The notes beneath the pieces are model-generated. The model had not been told where the DNA came from. It saw nothing but the letters and a program-made list of their open reading frames with translations, and searched no databases. 64,000 nucleotides of DNA from the IMG/VR virus record IMGVR_UViG_3300028920_000031; one strand, 5' to 3'. This DNA is from an uncultured virus (IMG/VR IMGVR_UViG_3300028920_000031). Its lineage: Duplodnaviria > Heunggongvirae > Uroviricota > Caudoviricetes. Of the stretch, positions 49,406-59,086 are shown in pieces. A program made the translations under genes and the position numbers. Positions within the stretch are counted from its first letter, which is position 1. Each line of letters begins with the position of its first letter.

Positions 49406-49604
49406 GGCCTGTTTCCCCGGATTCGAGATGATTGAGATAGTTTTTCCATTCGCGGTCCACTTCGCTCGGAAGAACTGCCGCCGCGACGCAGTAGATGCCG
49501 CCGAACTGGTTCTTCCTGGAAATGTCGAATACGCTGACGGAGTTCAGGGGATCCATCGCCGCAGGACGGACTCCCTTCCTGGGATTGGAACTGGATGATT
49601 TCAT
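49395..49604 (-). CDS. Small hypothetical protein
   Basis: Promoter plus AAAGGAG. Confidence 0.6.
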   Translation of the reverse strand: MKSSSSNPRKGVRPAAMDPLNSVSVFDISRKNQFGGIYCVAAAVLPSEVDREWKNYLNHLESGETGHEG

Positions 49605-49812
49605 CGCCGCTCTCCTTTGCTTGGATTACCTAAACCTAGCACGATAATCACAAATGTCAAGCCAATTTGACTAATTTTCCCGCCTCCCAATTCCTTGGGC
49701 TTCCAGCACCCTCTCTTTAAAAAAATGGAACTTTTTTGCAAAACGCCCTTGTATACCCAAGCGATTGGGTTATTGTATGCATAGAAACAAAACCAAACCT
49801 AGGAGATCTGAA

Positions 49813-50820
49813 ATGCAAATGATCGTCAAAATCGAAATCACTCACCGCAAGGCCGAAACCAACATCACGCCATGGGGCGTGTACAAACACGAATTTCCCG
49901 CTGCTGACAGTGCCGTCGACGAGCTGGTCGAGCGCTTCGCCGACCAAGAAGATGCAGTGTTCTGCGCACAGTGTCATACGCGAGATGGCTGGCATCACTC
50001 CGTGCATCGAGTCCCGGACGTAGAGGAGGCGTGGTTCGTCGAGCACACGTGGCAGGACGGATGTGGTTTCGGCAGCAAACATCTGTCGCGTGCGGCTGCT
50101 GAACAGGCCGCCGAGAAAGCGACTGAGAAGATTGGGCGGATCGAGATTTATGGCAGCGAATATGATACTGTCGTGGTTCGGCCAGCGGCCAAAAACAAAT
50201 GGACGGCGGCGCGCGGCATCGGCAGTCATACCACGCATATACCAGGATCGCACGCGACCCGCGAGGATGCGGAAATTGCCGGCGTCCAGGCGTGTCGACA
50301 GGCATGGAATGAGGCGTGCGACTACTGGACCGCTATCGCCGAGGACTACGGCATCGAGGCTCATATCACGTTCGGGATGCGGCGTGCAAAGCCGGAAATC
50401 ACGGTAAAATACCCCGAGACCGGTCAGAGCGCGTGGGATTGCCGCGACCGCGAATTGTGTTCTGCTGCGGCAGAAATGGGACGGAAGGGCGGCCAAAAGA
50501 AAGGCGGCAAAAAGGCTGAAGCCAGCCGCAAAAACGGTAAAAAGGGCGGATCGAAAGGGGGATACCGCATTGAGCATCTGAACCTCGACGGGCAGGGCGA
50601 AAAGCGTGTCCGCGTCTATGACATGCCTGCCGCCGGCGACTACTGGGCGGCCGTCACAAACGTTGCCTGCCCGGTATGCGGCGAAGGCGTGCTGGAGTGG
50701 GCGGAGGCCGGATACGTTCCGGGCTACCGCATCTGTTCTGGCTGCGGCCGGCACTATGTGGCTGCTGGCACGGCTGCGGCGCCATGTGTCCGATTGATTG
50801 GTGGTCGCCAGAGACGGTAG
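49813..50820 (+). CDS. Mosaic phage protein with KGG-repeat segment and zinc ribbon
   Basis: AAAEMGRKGG...ASRKNGKKGG; CPVC...CSGC; AGGAG RBS; terminator follows. Confidence 0.75.
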   Translation: MQMIVKIEITHRKAETNITPWGVYKHEFPAADSAVDELVERFADQEDAVFCAQCHTRDGWHHSVHRVPDVEEAWFVEHTWQDGCGFGSKHLSRAAAEQAAEKATEKIGRIEIYGSEYDTVVVRPAAKNKWTAARGIGSHTTHIPGSHATREDAEIAGVQACRQAWNEACDYWTAIAEDYGIEAHITFGMRRAKPEITVKYPETGQSAWDCRDRELCSAAAEMGRKGGQKKGGKKAEASRKNGKKGGSKGGYRIEHLNLDGQGEKRVRVYDMPAAGDYWAAVTNVACPVCGEGVLEWAEAGYVPGYRICSGCGRHYVAAGTAAAPCVRLIGGRQRR

Positions 50821-50836
50821 TCCCGCATGACTCCTG

Positions 50837-50868
50837 CGCCCTCCGTGAAAACGGGGGGCGTTTTTTTT
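50837..50868 (+). terminator. Intrinsic terminator
   Basis: CGCCCTCCGT-GAAA-ACGGGGGGCG plus T8. Confidence 0.75.
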
Positions 50869-51100
50869 GTGGGGCGGAATTAGCCTGTGACAACACGAGC
50901 ATTTTGCCGACGAGGCGAACGGCAAATAGATCTAATGAGCCATTTATGAGCCATTTGCGGGATGTGCGGCATTGTCATTGGCGATGAAGGGTCTCGAGGT
51001 CGTCGGCGCGGATGGCGGTCTAGTTGGCCGGCCCCTGGCGCGCACTTCAAGCAAAAAGGCCGCCTTGAGGCGGCCTGATGAACGGTTCGACGTCGAAAGC

Positions 51101-51973
51101 TCAGATGATCTCGGGAAGATCCCTGTTGGCATAGAACCGGATGGTTTTCAGCTCCCTTCCCGTCCGCCAGGAATTCCAAGCGTGAATGATCGTCCCGATG
51201 TTTTTGTGGCAGGCCAGATGCGTCCTGTTCTCGGCGGTCAGAAGATAGGCTCGAAGCGGAATGACGGGATTGCCGACCTGCAAATGGGCGCCGGTCAGAA
51301 GCTGCATGTAGAATTCCTCGGCTGCGGAGGCGTCCTTCTTCAGAAACAGATAGAAGCAAAGAGCGGCTTCCTTGCGGCCTCGAATGCGGTCGAGGCTTCT
51401 TTTTATCTCCAAGACGCGGTCGATGAGCTCGCGGTCGCGCTCGAGAATCTCCAGACACTCGTTCTCGGTCGGCTTGACCGCGTTCCAATGTCCCTCGGGA
51501 TTGTTTTCATACTGCCAGATCAGCTTCAGAAGAGCGCTCCTCGACGACGTGTTTGTCTCGTCCATGAAGGTCAGGGTGTCGCGAAGACAGCGGGGAGCGT
51601 TGTGGTCGATGACCTGCTGAACCTTCACCGGCCAGCCGACGCTTTTCATCACGGGAATTGAAATACCCGTGTCGACAACGGCCTGACATCTGTGCTGCCC
51701 GTCGATCAGGCGACCGAGACGATCGAACACGATGGGATTCGGACTCAGGGTATAGGTGTCCTGACTGAGATTGCGCTTGATGTACTCCAGATGGCCGGAA
51801 CGAATCTTGCGGTTCGGAGCCATCAGCTTCAGATACTTCGCGGCCCGTTCCGGAGTAAGCGTTATCTTGGAGACGGAAATTACTTCGGACATTTCCTCGG
51901 GAAGGCCTGCAGATGCATCCGCAATCTCCCCGCCCTCGGTTTTCGTAGTCGTGGCAACTGAAGCCTTTTTCAT
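51101..51973 (-). CDS. ParB/DGQHR-type phage protein
   Basis: ITLTPERA..NRKIR..PIVFD..G.LIDGQHR. Confidence 0.75.
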   Translation of the reverse strand: MKKASVATTTKTEGGEIADASAGLPEEMSEVISVSKITLTPERAAKYLKLMAPNRKIRSGHLEYIKRNLSQDTYTLSPNPIVFDRLGRLIDGQHRCQAVVDTGISIPVMKSVGWPVKVQQVIDHNAPRCLRDTLTFMDETNTSSRSALLKLIWQYENNPEGHWNAVKPTENECLEILERDRELIDRVLEIKRSLDRIRGRKEAALCFYLFLKKDASAAEEFYMQLLTGAHLQVGNPVIPLRAYLLTAENRTHLACHKNIGTIIHAWNSWRTGRELKTIRFYANRDLPEII

Positions 51974-52126
51974 CTAAGTCTCTCCTTTTGAATATTGAAA
52001 ACCTGATTCAATATGCTCTCCGTCTTCTGGAAATCAAGCCCGCCCCCGAAAAAAACCGAAATCCCCGCGCACTTCAAGCAAAAAAGGCCGCCGGGCTTTT
52101 GCCCGACGGCCCGGATTCTCCCAAGC

Positions 52127-52474
52127 TCAGAACATGGAAGACGTCTCGATCCCCAGCTCGTTCGCCGCCTTGCCCAGCTGGTTGATCCGCATCCCGGATC
52201 CCTCCGGCCACTCCAGCGCGTTCTGCAGGCGCCGCCAAGCTCGGCGTTCCGCTGCCAGGTTTTCCTCGCACCAGATATATGCGTCTTGCAGCCGACAGCG
52301 ATATTCCTCGTCTTCCACCGCCCGCTGCTGCATGTCCGCCACCGCCGAACCGGCGACGGCATTGACGAAGACCGCTTCCGCTTCCGAGCCGTCGAGGCCG
52401 AACCTCGAGGCGACGTCCGCCTTGGCGCGGCCGACAACAGCTCCGATCTCGTTCTCTACGGCTGGCCAGTCCAT
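52127..52474 (-). CDS. Hypothetical protein
   Basis: AAGGA RBS. Confidence 0.6.
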   Translation of the reverse strand: MDWPAVENEIGAVVGRAKADVASRFGLDGSEAEAVFVNAVAGSAVADMQQRAVEDEEYRCRLQDAYIWCEENLAAERRAWRRLQNALEWPEGSGMRINQLGKAANELGIETSSMF

Positions 52475-52629
52475 GACTGCTTCCTTTCTTGCTTTTCCGC
52501 ATACCTGGGAGACGTCCGCCCCCGCTTGCGGCTGGCCTTGAGACGCTTCAGCTCGCGTCTCGTGATCGTTCCTGCTCGCTCCTTGTGCTCAAGCTCAAGT
52601 CGCTGCTGCTCTGTCATTGCCTCTCTCCG

Positions 52630-52854
52630 CTACAGTTTGAAGACGCTTAGGAGGCCGTTCGGCACGACCTGGATGCGCCCGAGTTCGTTGACGACCTTCG
52701 AATGTCCGGAACCGGCAGGCTCCAGAAAAATGCAGTCGAAGGTCCCCGCCCGGGCCGAAAAGCCCAGGTTGATGGCAAGGTCGAAGGCCAGCTCGCCGGA
52801 GTTCCGCCGCAGGACGGCTCCCGTCGGGACCTTCTCGTAGAGATTGCTCTTCAT
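52630..52854 (-). CDS. Small hypothetical protein
   Basis: Promoter plus RBS. Confidence 0.6.
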   Translation of the reverse strand: MKSNLYEKVPTGAVLRRNSGELAFDLAINLGFSARAGTFDCIFLEPAGSGHSKVVNELGRIQVVPNGLLSVFKL

Positions 52855-52925
52855 CTCGGAAACTCCTTTCCGTTGTAAGAGCAATATAGCATATATTCAG
52901 TGCGTGTCAAGCCATGTCGCGACAT

Positions 52926-53789
52926 TCAGGCATAGACGCCGCTTACCCAGTTCCGAAGCTCCCTGAAACTCGAGGGAACCGTCCCTCTGGCAGACAGCAG
53001 CTCGTGCAGCCGCATCAGGCCGGCATAGGCCTCGCCCCTGTCGCCCTCGAACGGGCGGGACGTCTCGATCTGCCACAGCAGGGCGTCGCCCCTCTGTTCG
53101 GCCGGGCCGACATGGGGGGCGAAACCCAGAAGAGCCTCTTCCGTCGCAGACCTGGATTCCTCGTCCCAGTTCGAAAGGGCGACGTACGTCCCGCCTGCGA
53201 ACTCCCCTATCGCCACCCCGGGACGGCGCTCCTCCGCGCCGACTCCAACAGCCGAGGTAGACGTGCGCGCCGGGCCGGTCAACCCGGCAGTCCGGCCGCG
53301 GCCCCGGCCTCCCGCCGATGCCGTCGGATACAGCCGCCTCCCCTCCACAAGTTCCCATTTCTCCCCGCACGACGGGCAAACCAGATATTGGACGCCGTAA
53401 CCACCCGCCGTCTCCAAATCCCTGCCGCCGGCGGCAGCCCAGTCCATCGCCGCGCCGCAGTCCGGACACAGCGGCAAACCATCGGAATCGAACTTGGCTC
53501 CCTCCCCGGAACCGTATCCGGCAGGACCCTCGAACAGGCTCTCGTCGGCGGAAGCCACAGGACCCGCAAGAATCGCGCGAGGACAGCAGGGACCCAGCGC
53601 GGCATGCTCCCCGCCCTCCACAAGAATGTCCGAACCCGGTTTTACGGCCCGGGCGTCGGCCGCGTACATCCAGAACATCCGGCCGCCGGCTGCCCGCACT
53701 ACCGCGCAGTTTCCCGCGGCATGCACCTGCTTGGCCATGACACGCTCCATTCCCCCGCTCATGCAGCTCGATTCGGTATGGATCGGCAT
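52926..53789 (-). CDS. Hypothetical protein with zinc ribbon
   Basis: CPDC...CPSC. Confidence 0.55.
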   Translation of the reverse strand: MPIHTESSCMSGGMERVMAKQVHAAGNCAVVRAAGGRMFWMYAADARAVKPGSDILVEGGEHAALGPCCPRAILAGPVASADESLFEGPAGYGSGEGAKFDSDGLPLCPDCGAAMDWAAAGGRDLETAGGYGVQYLVCPSCGEKWELVEGRRLYPTASAGGRGRGRTAGLTGPARTSTSAVGVGAEERRPGVAIGEFAGGTYVALSNWDEESRSATEEALLGFAPHVGPAEQRGDALLWQIETSRPFEGDRGEAYAGLMRLHELLSARGTVPSSFRELRNWVSGVYA

Positions 53790-54120
53790 CTCTTTTAAGC
53801 CTCCGCGTTGTCCGGGGCCGGCAAACGGCCCGAAAACATTCTACAGCGAAAGCGCGGGAAATACCTCTCCGAATCAAGACCGGGCCGACTCGTCCGCCGA
53901 CAGCCCCGGGCGCGCACGCCAACGAGGCCGCATGAAATGCGGCAGGCGCGCAGAACTGAAAAAAGTCCCGCGGCCGTGACTCGGCGCGCGGGACCATCGG
54001 AGGGGAGGCTCGAACCGGCGCGCGGAACCCGGGCCGAAACCTCGCATTCAGTGCGCGCCGAAAGACATTCAGTGCGCGGCTATTTGGAGGAACTTGCCCT
54101 CTCGCTTCTGCGATGCAGGA

Positions 54121-54312
54121 CTAATCAACGATCCAGCCTGATTGTCTGATAAGGACGTAGTGATCACTGACAGAATCTCGAACATCCTTCAGAGTATCAT
54201 CCACATCGTCGATGACAACTCCCTCTTCCTTTGCGTCCATCAGGACTTTCCTCATGTCGACGGTTCCGTCTGCAATCAGCAGACGAGCGTCATCGGTTTC
54301 AACCACTTGCAT
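54121..54312 (-). CDS. Small hypothetical protein
   Basis: AGGAG RBS. Confidence 0.55.
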   Translation of the reverse strand: MQVVETDDARLLIADGTVDMRKVLMDAKEEGVVIDDVDDTLKDVRDSVSDHYVLIRQSGWIVD

Positions 54313-54406
54313 GACACTCTCCTAGTAATGATTTGGATTGTCCATTCGTGTTCGCAGCTCGTCAGCCTCGGCATCGAGATCGTTGAGGTCCGACTTGCTT
54401 GCAGGC

Positions 54407-55705
54407 TCAGTCGTCGAAAAGCGCTCCGAAGTTGTGGCGCCGGCCGGTATGCACCGTTGCGGAACCCCGCTTCTCCGTGCCGCCCGTGGCTCCGAACTCG
54501 TCGGGCTTCTCGTCGAACAGCTGCCCGTAAGCGCGGTTGCTTTCCCGCTCGATCCGCTCCGAACCGACGACAGGCTTGCCGTCTTCATACGAAGCCCCGG
54601 CGCTGACAGTGTCCAGATCGGACTGCCAGGCCATCATGCGGGACGCCGCCGTCAGCATGGCATGCTCGTTTTCGATCCCGCCGGCCGAAGAGGCGACTAT
54701 TCCGGGACAGCCGCCGCGGGATTCGATCTCCTTGCAGATCTCGGCAATCGAGTGAAGCAGCCGTTTCGCCTCCAGCTCTTCCGCGCGCAGGACGGGACCG
54801 CTGCACTCCCTGGCGCTCGCGGCAAGACGGCCGGCATGGCAGAATTCCAGCTGGAGAAGACGGCCGAGACGCTGGCCGAAAGGAGAATCGCACAGCTCGG
54901 CCTGGCGCAGAGCAAAGCTCGCAAGCGAGGAAACATGCGACAGATAGCGTCCTTCGGAAGGAACATGTCCGCTGCCGTACCACAGCTTTGTCGCGGCACG
55001 GCGCATATGGCCGTCAAGAGACCGCACGCTGACCTGTGTCTCGAAAAGATCTTCTTCGCCTGCGTCGCGAAGAAGATCGAGAATGCGCGTCGCATCGGAG
55101 GCCGGAATGATGTCGTGTCCGTTTTCGCCAGCCTGCAGGATCGCGGCTTCGGCCTCGACGCACGCGCGGTCGAAGCCGGCAAAGTCGATGTCGCGGCCGT
55201 GTCCGACGCCGGAAAGCGCCACCCTGTCGGTAGCTTTGGCGCAGGCGATGAGAAACCGCCTGAAATCAGGCGGCAGGGAACATTCAGTGCTCGCCTTTTC
55301 CAGCTCGGAAAACAGCGCGGGAAGGTCGCGGTCGCGCCCGATAAACGCTTCGGCCGCCAGAGACGCTTCTTCACGGCTCATTCCCCGGGCCGAAAACCAG
55401 TCCGTTGCCTCGGACATGCGAATCTCGTCGGAAGAGGTGGCCGCCAAATACAGGAGATCCTTTGCAAGAGATTCGTCTGACAGCAGTTCTGCCGTTTTCG
55501 CCGGCCAGCCGGAACTGGCGTTTTCGGCGTTTTCGGCCTCCATCTGCAAGTGAATCTGACTGAGCCGGCGCGGATCGAGATCCGCGATCTTTTTCCGCCT
55601 GACACGGAAGAAACGGGCGTCGTTGGTGGCGATGTTGCGGGCTGTGGCTGTGAAGGCGGAAGCGATACGGAGCCGCCTTGCAGTTTCTTCATTCATTTGG
55701 TTCAT
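54407..55705 (-). CDS. Hypothetical protein
   Basis: 432-aa ORF. Confidence 0.65.
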   Translation of the reverse strand: MNQMNEETARRLRIASAFTATARNIATNDARFFRVRRKKIADLDPRRLSQIHLQMEAENAENASSGWPAKTAELLSDESLAKDLLYLAATSSDEIRMSEATDWFSARGMSREEASLAAEAFIGRDRDLPALFSELEKASTECSLPPDFRRFLIACAKATDRVALSGVGHGRDIDFAGFDRACVEAEAAILQAGENGHDIIPASDATRILDLLRDAGEEDLFETQVSVRSLDGHMRRAATKLWYGSGHVPSEGRYLSHVSSLASFALRQAELCDSPFGQRLGRLLQLEFCHAGRLAASARECSGPVLRAEELEAKRLLHSIAEICKEIESRGGCPGIVASSAGGIENEHAMLTAASRMMAWQSDLDTVSAGASYEDGKPVVGSERIERESNRAYGQLFDEKPDEFGATGGTEKRGSATVHTGRRHNFGALFDD

Positions 55706-56114
55706 TGGTTTTCTCCGCGGTTGCAGTCTCTGAAAGATCTTTCCTGATCATGTCCATCAGTTCAGTGATGGCGATCGATGCGGCCGTCTGCCTGGCGGCG
55801 AGCATGCCATGCTTGGCCAGTGTCACACGGGTCGAACCCGGATGACCCCTGCCAAGGCTTCGGTCCATGCCGATGGCCATTTGCGAGTAATCCCAGAGAA
55901 TGTCCTCGAACCTCTGCTGCATCGCGATGAGGATGCGGGGGGACGGACTCTGGCAGGGATCATGGACTTCGCCCACGGACTCGTGGTCGGCAGGCTTGTC
56001 TTCGGCTTTGTCGTCGACAATTTCGTACATTGCGTCCTCGCCGGTGCTTTCATGCTCGTGGGCGGTGTCGGCGGCGGCGGTCAAGTTCCGAATCAGGTCT
56101 TCTTCGTCGCTCAT
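55689..56114 (-). CDS. Hypothetical protein
   Basis: Promoter at 56173 plus GAGG. Confidence 0.65.
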   Translation of the reverse strand: MSDEEDLIRNLTAAADTAHEHESTGEDAMYEIVDDKAEDKPADHESVGEVHDPCQSPSPRILIAMQQRFEDILWDYSQMAIGMDRSLGRGHPGSTRVTLAKHGMLAARQTAASIAITELMDMIRKDLSETATAEKTNEPNE

Positions 56115-56257
56115 GTCGTCAGCCTCAAATAGTTCACTGGTTGACAAGGAACATATACGTTCGTCTCGCGGATGTCAAGCCGTTTTTCGCAATTCCCTGC
56201 TTCGATGACGTAGATCGTGGCCGTTTTGATCATTTTGCCTAAATTTGAGATTTGGGC

Positions 56258-56285
56258 TTGACAATCAAATTTATTATGCTACATT
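56258..56285 (+). promoter_or_regulatory. Class I promoter on + strand with no downstream ORF
   Basis: TTGACA-N16(..ATGC)-TACATT. Confidence 0.65.
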
Positions 56286-56379
56286 GCCAGATTTGAATGG
56301 CCGCGGCGCTGATATAATGTACAGGGTCCTAACATTCAGTGCACACCCCTGAACGCCCCTGGACGGTCCTAAACGCCCC

Positions 56380-56442
56380 TTGCCGCGTTCCCTGGCAAAG
56401 TTAGCTGTAATCCAGCCTCGGCGTTGCCGAGAAACTGGGCAA
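56380..56442. repeat. 63-bp double-palindrome repeat, copy 1 (degenerate)
   Basis: TTGCC-N9-GGCAA + AGTTAGCTGTAATCCAGCCTC + palindrome. Confidence 0.85.
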
Positions 56443-56448
56443 TATGCA

Positions 56449-58353
56449 TCAAGCTCTCTCCCAGTTTCTGAAGCAGTACATTTCCATCCACTGCCCCTTG
56501 ATGCCCTGGTATGGCTGGTAGAATAGGAGTTCGGGGTCGAGGGTCGCGAAGGGGAAGTCTCCGAACTCGTAGTCGACGTCCCTCCAGCCGAACCTGTCTA
56601 CCTGCTTGACGGTGACCGCCACCAGCGCCTCGGGGTTGTCCCTGAGGGCAGCTTCGGTCGCGAGGACGTGCGAGGAGGTCAGGGTGCCGTTGTAGTCGAG
56701 ATGCACGGCATTGAACTCCGGGAGCTCGATATCCCGCTGGCCGAGCAGCAGGTCGTCTATGTCTGCCTTCACCACCGGGATGACGCCTCCGACCTCTCCC
56801 CGCTGGAACAGCCGCTTGAAGAATGCCCTGAGCCTTTTTGCCTTCTTCCTCTCGACGCCCAGGCAGTCCGGGTAGTCGAAGTCGAATCCGTTCTCGATCA
56901 GGGCGTGGATCTCCCTGCCGTTTCCCGGGAGGCTGAGGAATCTGAGGTCGAAGTAGCCGAGATCCTGGAGCTCTTCCTGGAACATCTCGCAGGCTTCGAC
57001 CTTGCCGGCGGTCTCGTAGGGCCAGAGCTTCTTCGTCCAGATGTCGAAGAATTTTGTCACGAAGAACTTAGAAGGTTGTTTTTCGCGTCCGGCACAGCAT
57101 GCGCATCTCGTTCCTAATTTGCCTCTCGCGCGGACTGTAGCCCACCATTCGTGTCCGCACGTGTGGCATCGCCACATGACCTTTTTACAGCTTCCCGAGA
57201 CGTAATCTGACGGTTTTTTCTGATTGTCGGGATGCCAGTCTTTAACCAGCTCGGGAAAATCAAGGGAGAAATTCCGCGTATCGGTTGCTATCCTGCCGCA
57301 GCAGGAAATGCAACGGTGATACTTGCCATATTTCGTGTCGTGGCAGATTCTTGCTCCAGCAGTGCCCGTCCATTCATACCCGCATTTATGGCATCTCCAT
57401 TTTACCTTCTTGCTGCTTTTCGGCGTAATGTCCGCGGGGGAGAAGTCGTTGTCGGGGTGCCAGTCCTTGACCAGTTCCGGGTGCGAACGGGCGAAATTGT
57501 TGTCAGGCGTTGCGACTTTTCCCGCGCAGGCCGGACAACTGCCGCTTTTGCTTCCCGACGCATTTGTTCTCGAGTTCGGAGATGTTTCCCAGGCATGTCC
57601 GCACTTATGGCATTTCCACTTGACAAGGGCGGTGCTTCCGTATGTGATTTCTTTCGGGTCTACCTCGTTCTCGGGGGCCCAGTCCTTCATTATTTCCGGG
57701 TGTGTTTCACAGATGTTATTGAATTCTGTGGCGACACGCCCGGAACAGCTTGAACAGCAATATGTGTAGTAGGGAGCGGCGATCCATTCGTAGGTGCAGA
57801 CGGGACATTTCCATTTGGCCTTTTGGTTGCTTTTCCTGGTGACCTCGTACGGGCTTTTTTTGTTGTCGGGATGCCAGAGTTTCGCCAGTTCAGGGTCGCT
57901 TACCGCCAAGTTGTTGGTGGGGGTGGCGACTCTGCCTGAGCATGCCGGGCAGCCATTTCCGCGGACCCTGTCTTTCGGAGCGGCTCGCCATGCATGCTGG
58001 CATATGCGACACTTCCACTTTACCCGCCTGCCGCTCCCGGGGGTTATTTGCGTCGCCTTTATCCTGTTGTCGGGATGCCATTCTTCTGCAAGGTACGGCT
58101 CGGCCACCTTCAGATTGAAGGAATTGCTGGCGACCCTCCCGATACATGCGGCACATCCGCTCCCCTTCCAGCTCCTGTTTGAAACGCTCGTTTTCCATTC
58201 GTGTCCCTTGTCGCATCTCCACCACACTCTTTTACCGGAGTACGGCGTCACGTCCGTCGGCTTCAGGTCTCCGTTCTTCGTCGGATGCCATTCCGCGGCG
58301 ACCTCGGGGAATTCGGTCTGGAGGTTGTATTCTGGCGTGGCTCTGCGTCCCAT
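56449..58353 (-). CDS. Multi zinc-ribbon (DUF4379-like) repeat protein with putative methyltransferase-like C-terminal domain
   Basis: About 6 repeats of P.L..EWHP.N...W.C..C.HEW...CP.C; C-term FLSLPG..LGVE..DI..FNAVHLDYNG. Confidence 0.8.
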   Translation of the reverse strand: MGRRATPEYNLQTEFPEVAAEWHPTKNGDLKPTDVTPYSGKRVWWRCDKGHEWKTSVSNRSWKGSGCAACIGRVASNSFNLKVAEPYLAEEWHPDNRIKATQITPGSGRRVKWKCRICQHAWRAAPKDRVRGNGCPACSGRVATPTNNLAVSDPELAKLWHPDNKKSPYEVTRKSNQKAKWKCPVCTYEWIAAPYYTYCCSSCSGRVATEFNNICETHPEIMKDWAPENEVDPKEITYGSTALVKWKCHKCGHAWETSPNSRTNASGSKSGSCPACAGKVATPDNNFARSHPELVKDWHPDNDFSPADITPKSSKKVKWRCHKCGYEWTGTAGARICHDTKYGKYHRCISCCGRIATDTRNFSLDFPELVKDWHPDNQKKPSDYVSGSCKKVMWRCHTCGHEWWATVRARGKLGTRCACCAGREKQPSKFFVTKFFDIWTKKLWPYETAGKVEACEMFQEELQDLGYFDLRFLSLPGNGREIHALIENGFDFDYPDCLGVERKKAKRLRAFFKRLFQRGEVGGVIPVVKADIDDLLLGQRDIELPEFNAVHLDYNGTLTSSHVLATEAALRDNPEALVAVTVKQVDRFGWRDVDYEFGDFPFATLDPELLFYQPYQGIKGQWMEMYCFRNWERA

Positions 58354-58961
58354 TATCTCTCCTTTTTCTTCCCCTCGTCGACGGGCGCCCCTTTCTCGCA
58401 GTCTTCGGTTTTTCTAGAGTACTGTTCGTCGATCTGCTTCAATGTCTTTTTCAGCCACTCCGGCATACGCCATTGTCCGTGATATGTCGTATCGAGTCCG
58501 CACCCCGGACATTTGACCCTAACTGTCTCGCTCGCCTCTCCTCTGTAGACTTTCCGCTTCCACTTGCCGTTGACGCGTGTATAGTGCCGGTCTACGTGTT
58601 GCCGTTCTTCTCTCTCGATCTTTGCCCGGGAGTGGTCACACGCGGGGAATTGCCTATCTCCATAGCCCGGTTCTTCTTTCCAGCCTACAGGTATGTAGTA
58701 GCAGGGCACGGACTCCTGTTGCCCCCACTCGACCCTGAGTTCGGCCGCGTTCTTTTTTGGCGGATAGTTGGCGATATCGAGATGGCAGACGAGAAGTGTT
58801 CCGTTTTGGTGTTCTACCCGGATCATCACGCATCCGTTCTTTGGTGCGATCGGCTCTTTGACGACGATGCCTGGTTTTGAAACGAGACCTGCTCCAGCGG
58901 ATTTGAGGAGCAGTACGACCGCCTGTCCGACCTTGAGTTTCTTGGCGTCTCTCTTTTTCAT
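58353..58961 (-). CDS. Hypothetical protein
   Basis: Promoter plus GGAGG; TAATG coupling. Confidence 0.7.
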   Translation of the reverse strand: MKKRDAKKLKVGQAVVLLLKSAGAGLVSKPGIVVKEPIAPKNGCVMIRVEHQNGTLLVCHLDIANYPPKKNAAELRVEWGQQESVPCYYIPVGWKEEPGYGDRQFPACDHSRAKIEREERQHVDRHYTRVNGKWKRKVYRGEASETVRVKCPGCGLDTTYHGQWRMPEWLKKTLKQIDEQYSRKTEDCEKGAPVDEGKKKER

Positions 58962-59015
58962 GCCTCCCTTCACTCGCCCTACGATAGCACGCCTTGTTCC
59001 GATGTCAAGTCGATG

Positions 59016-59078
59016 TTGCCGAGTTTCTCGGCAAAGTTAGCTGTAATCCAGCCTCGGCGTTGCCGAGAAACTGGGCAA
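59016..59078. repeat. 63-bp double-palindrome repeat, copy 2
   Basis: TTGCCGAGTTTCTCGGCAA-25 nt-TTGCCGAGAAACTGGGCAA. Confidence 0.95.
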
Positions 59079-59086
59079 TCAGGAGT

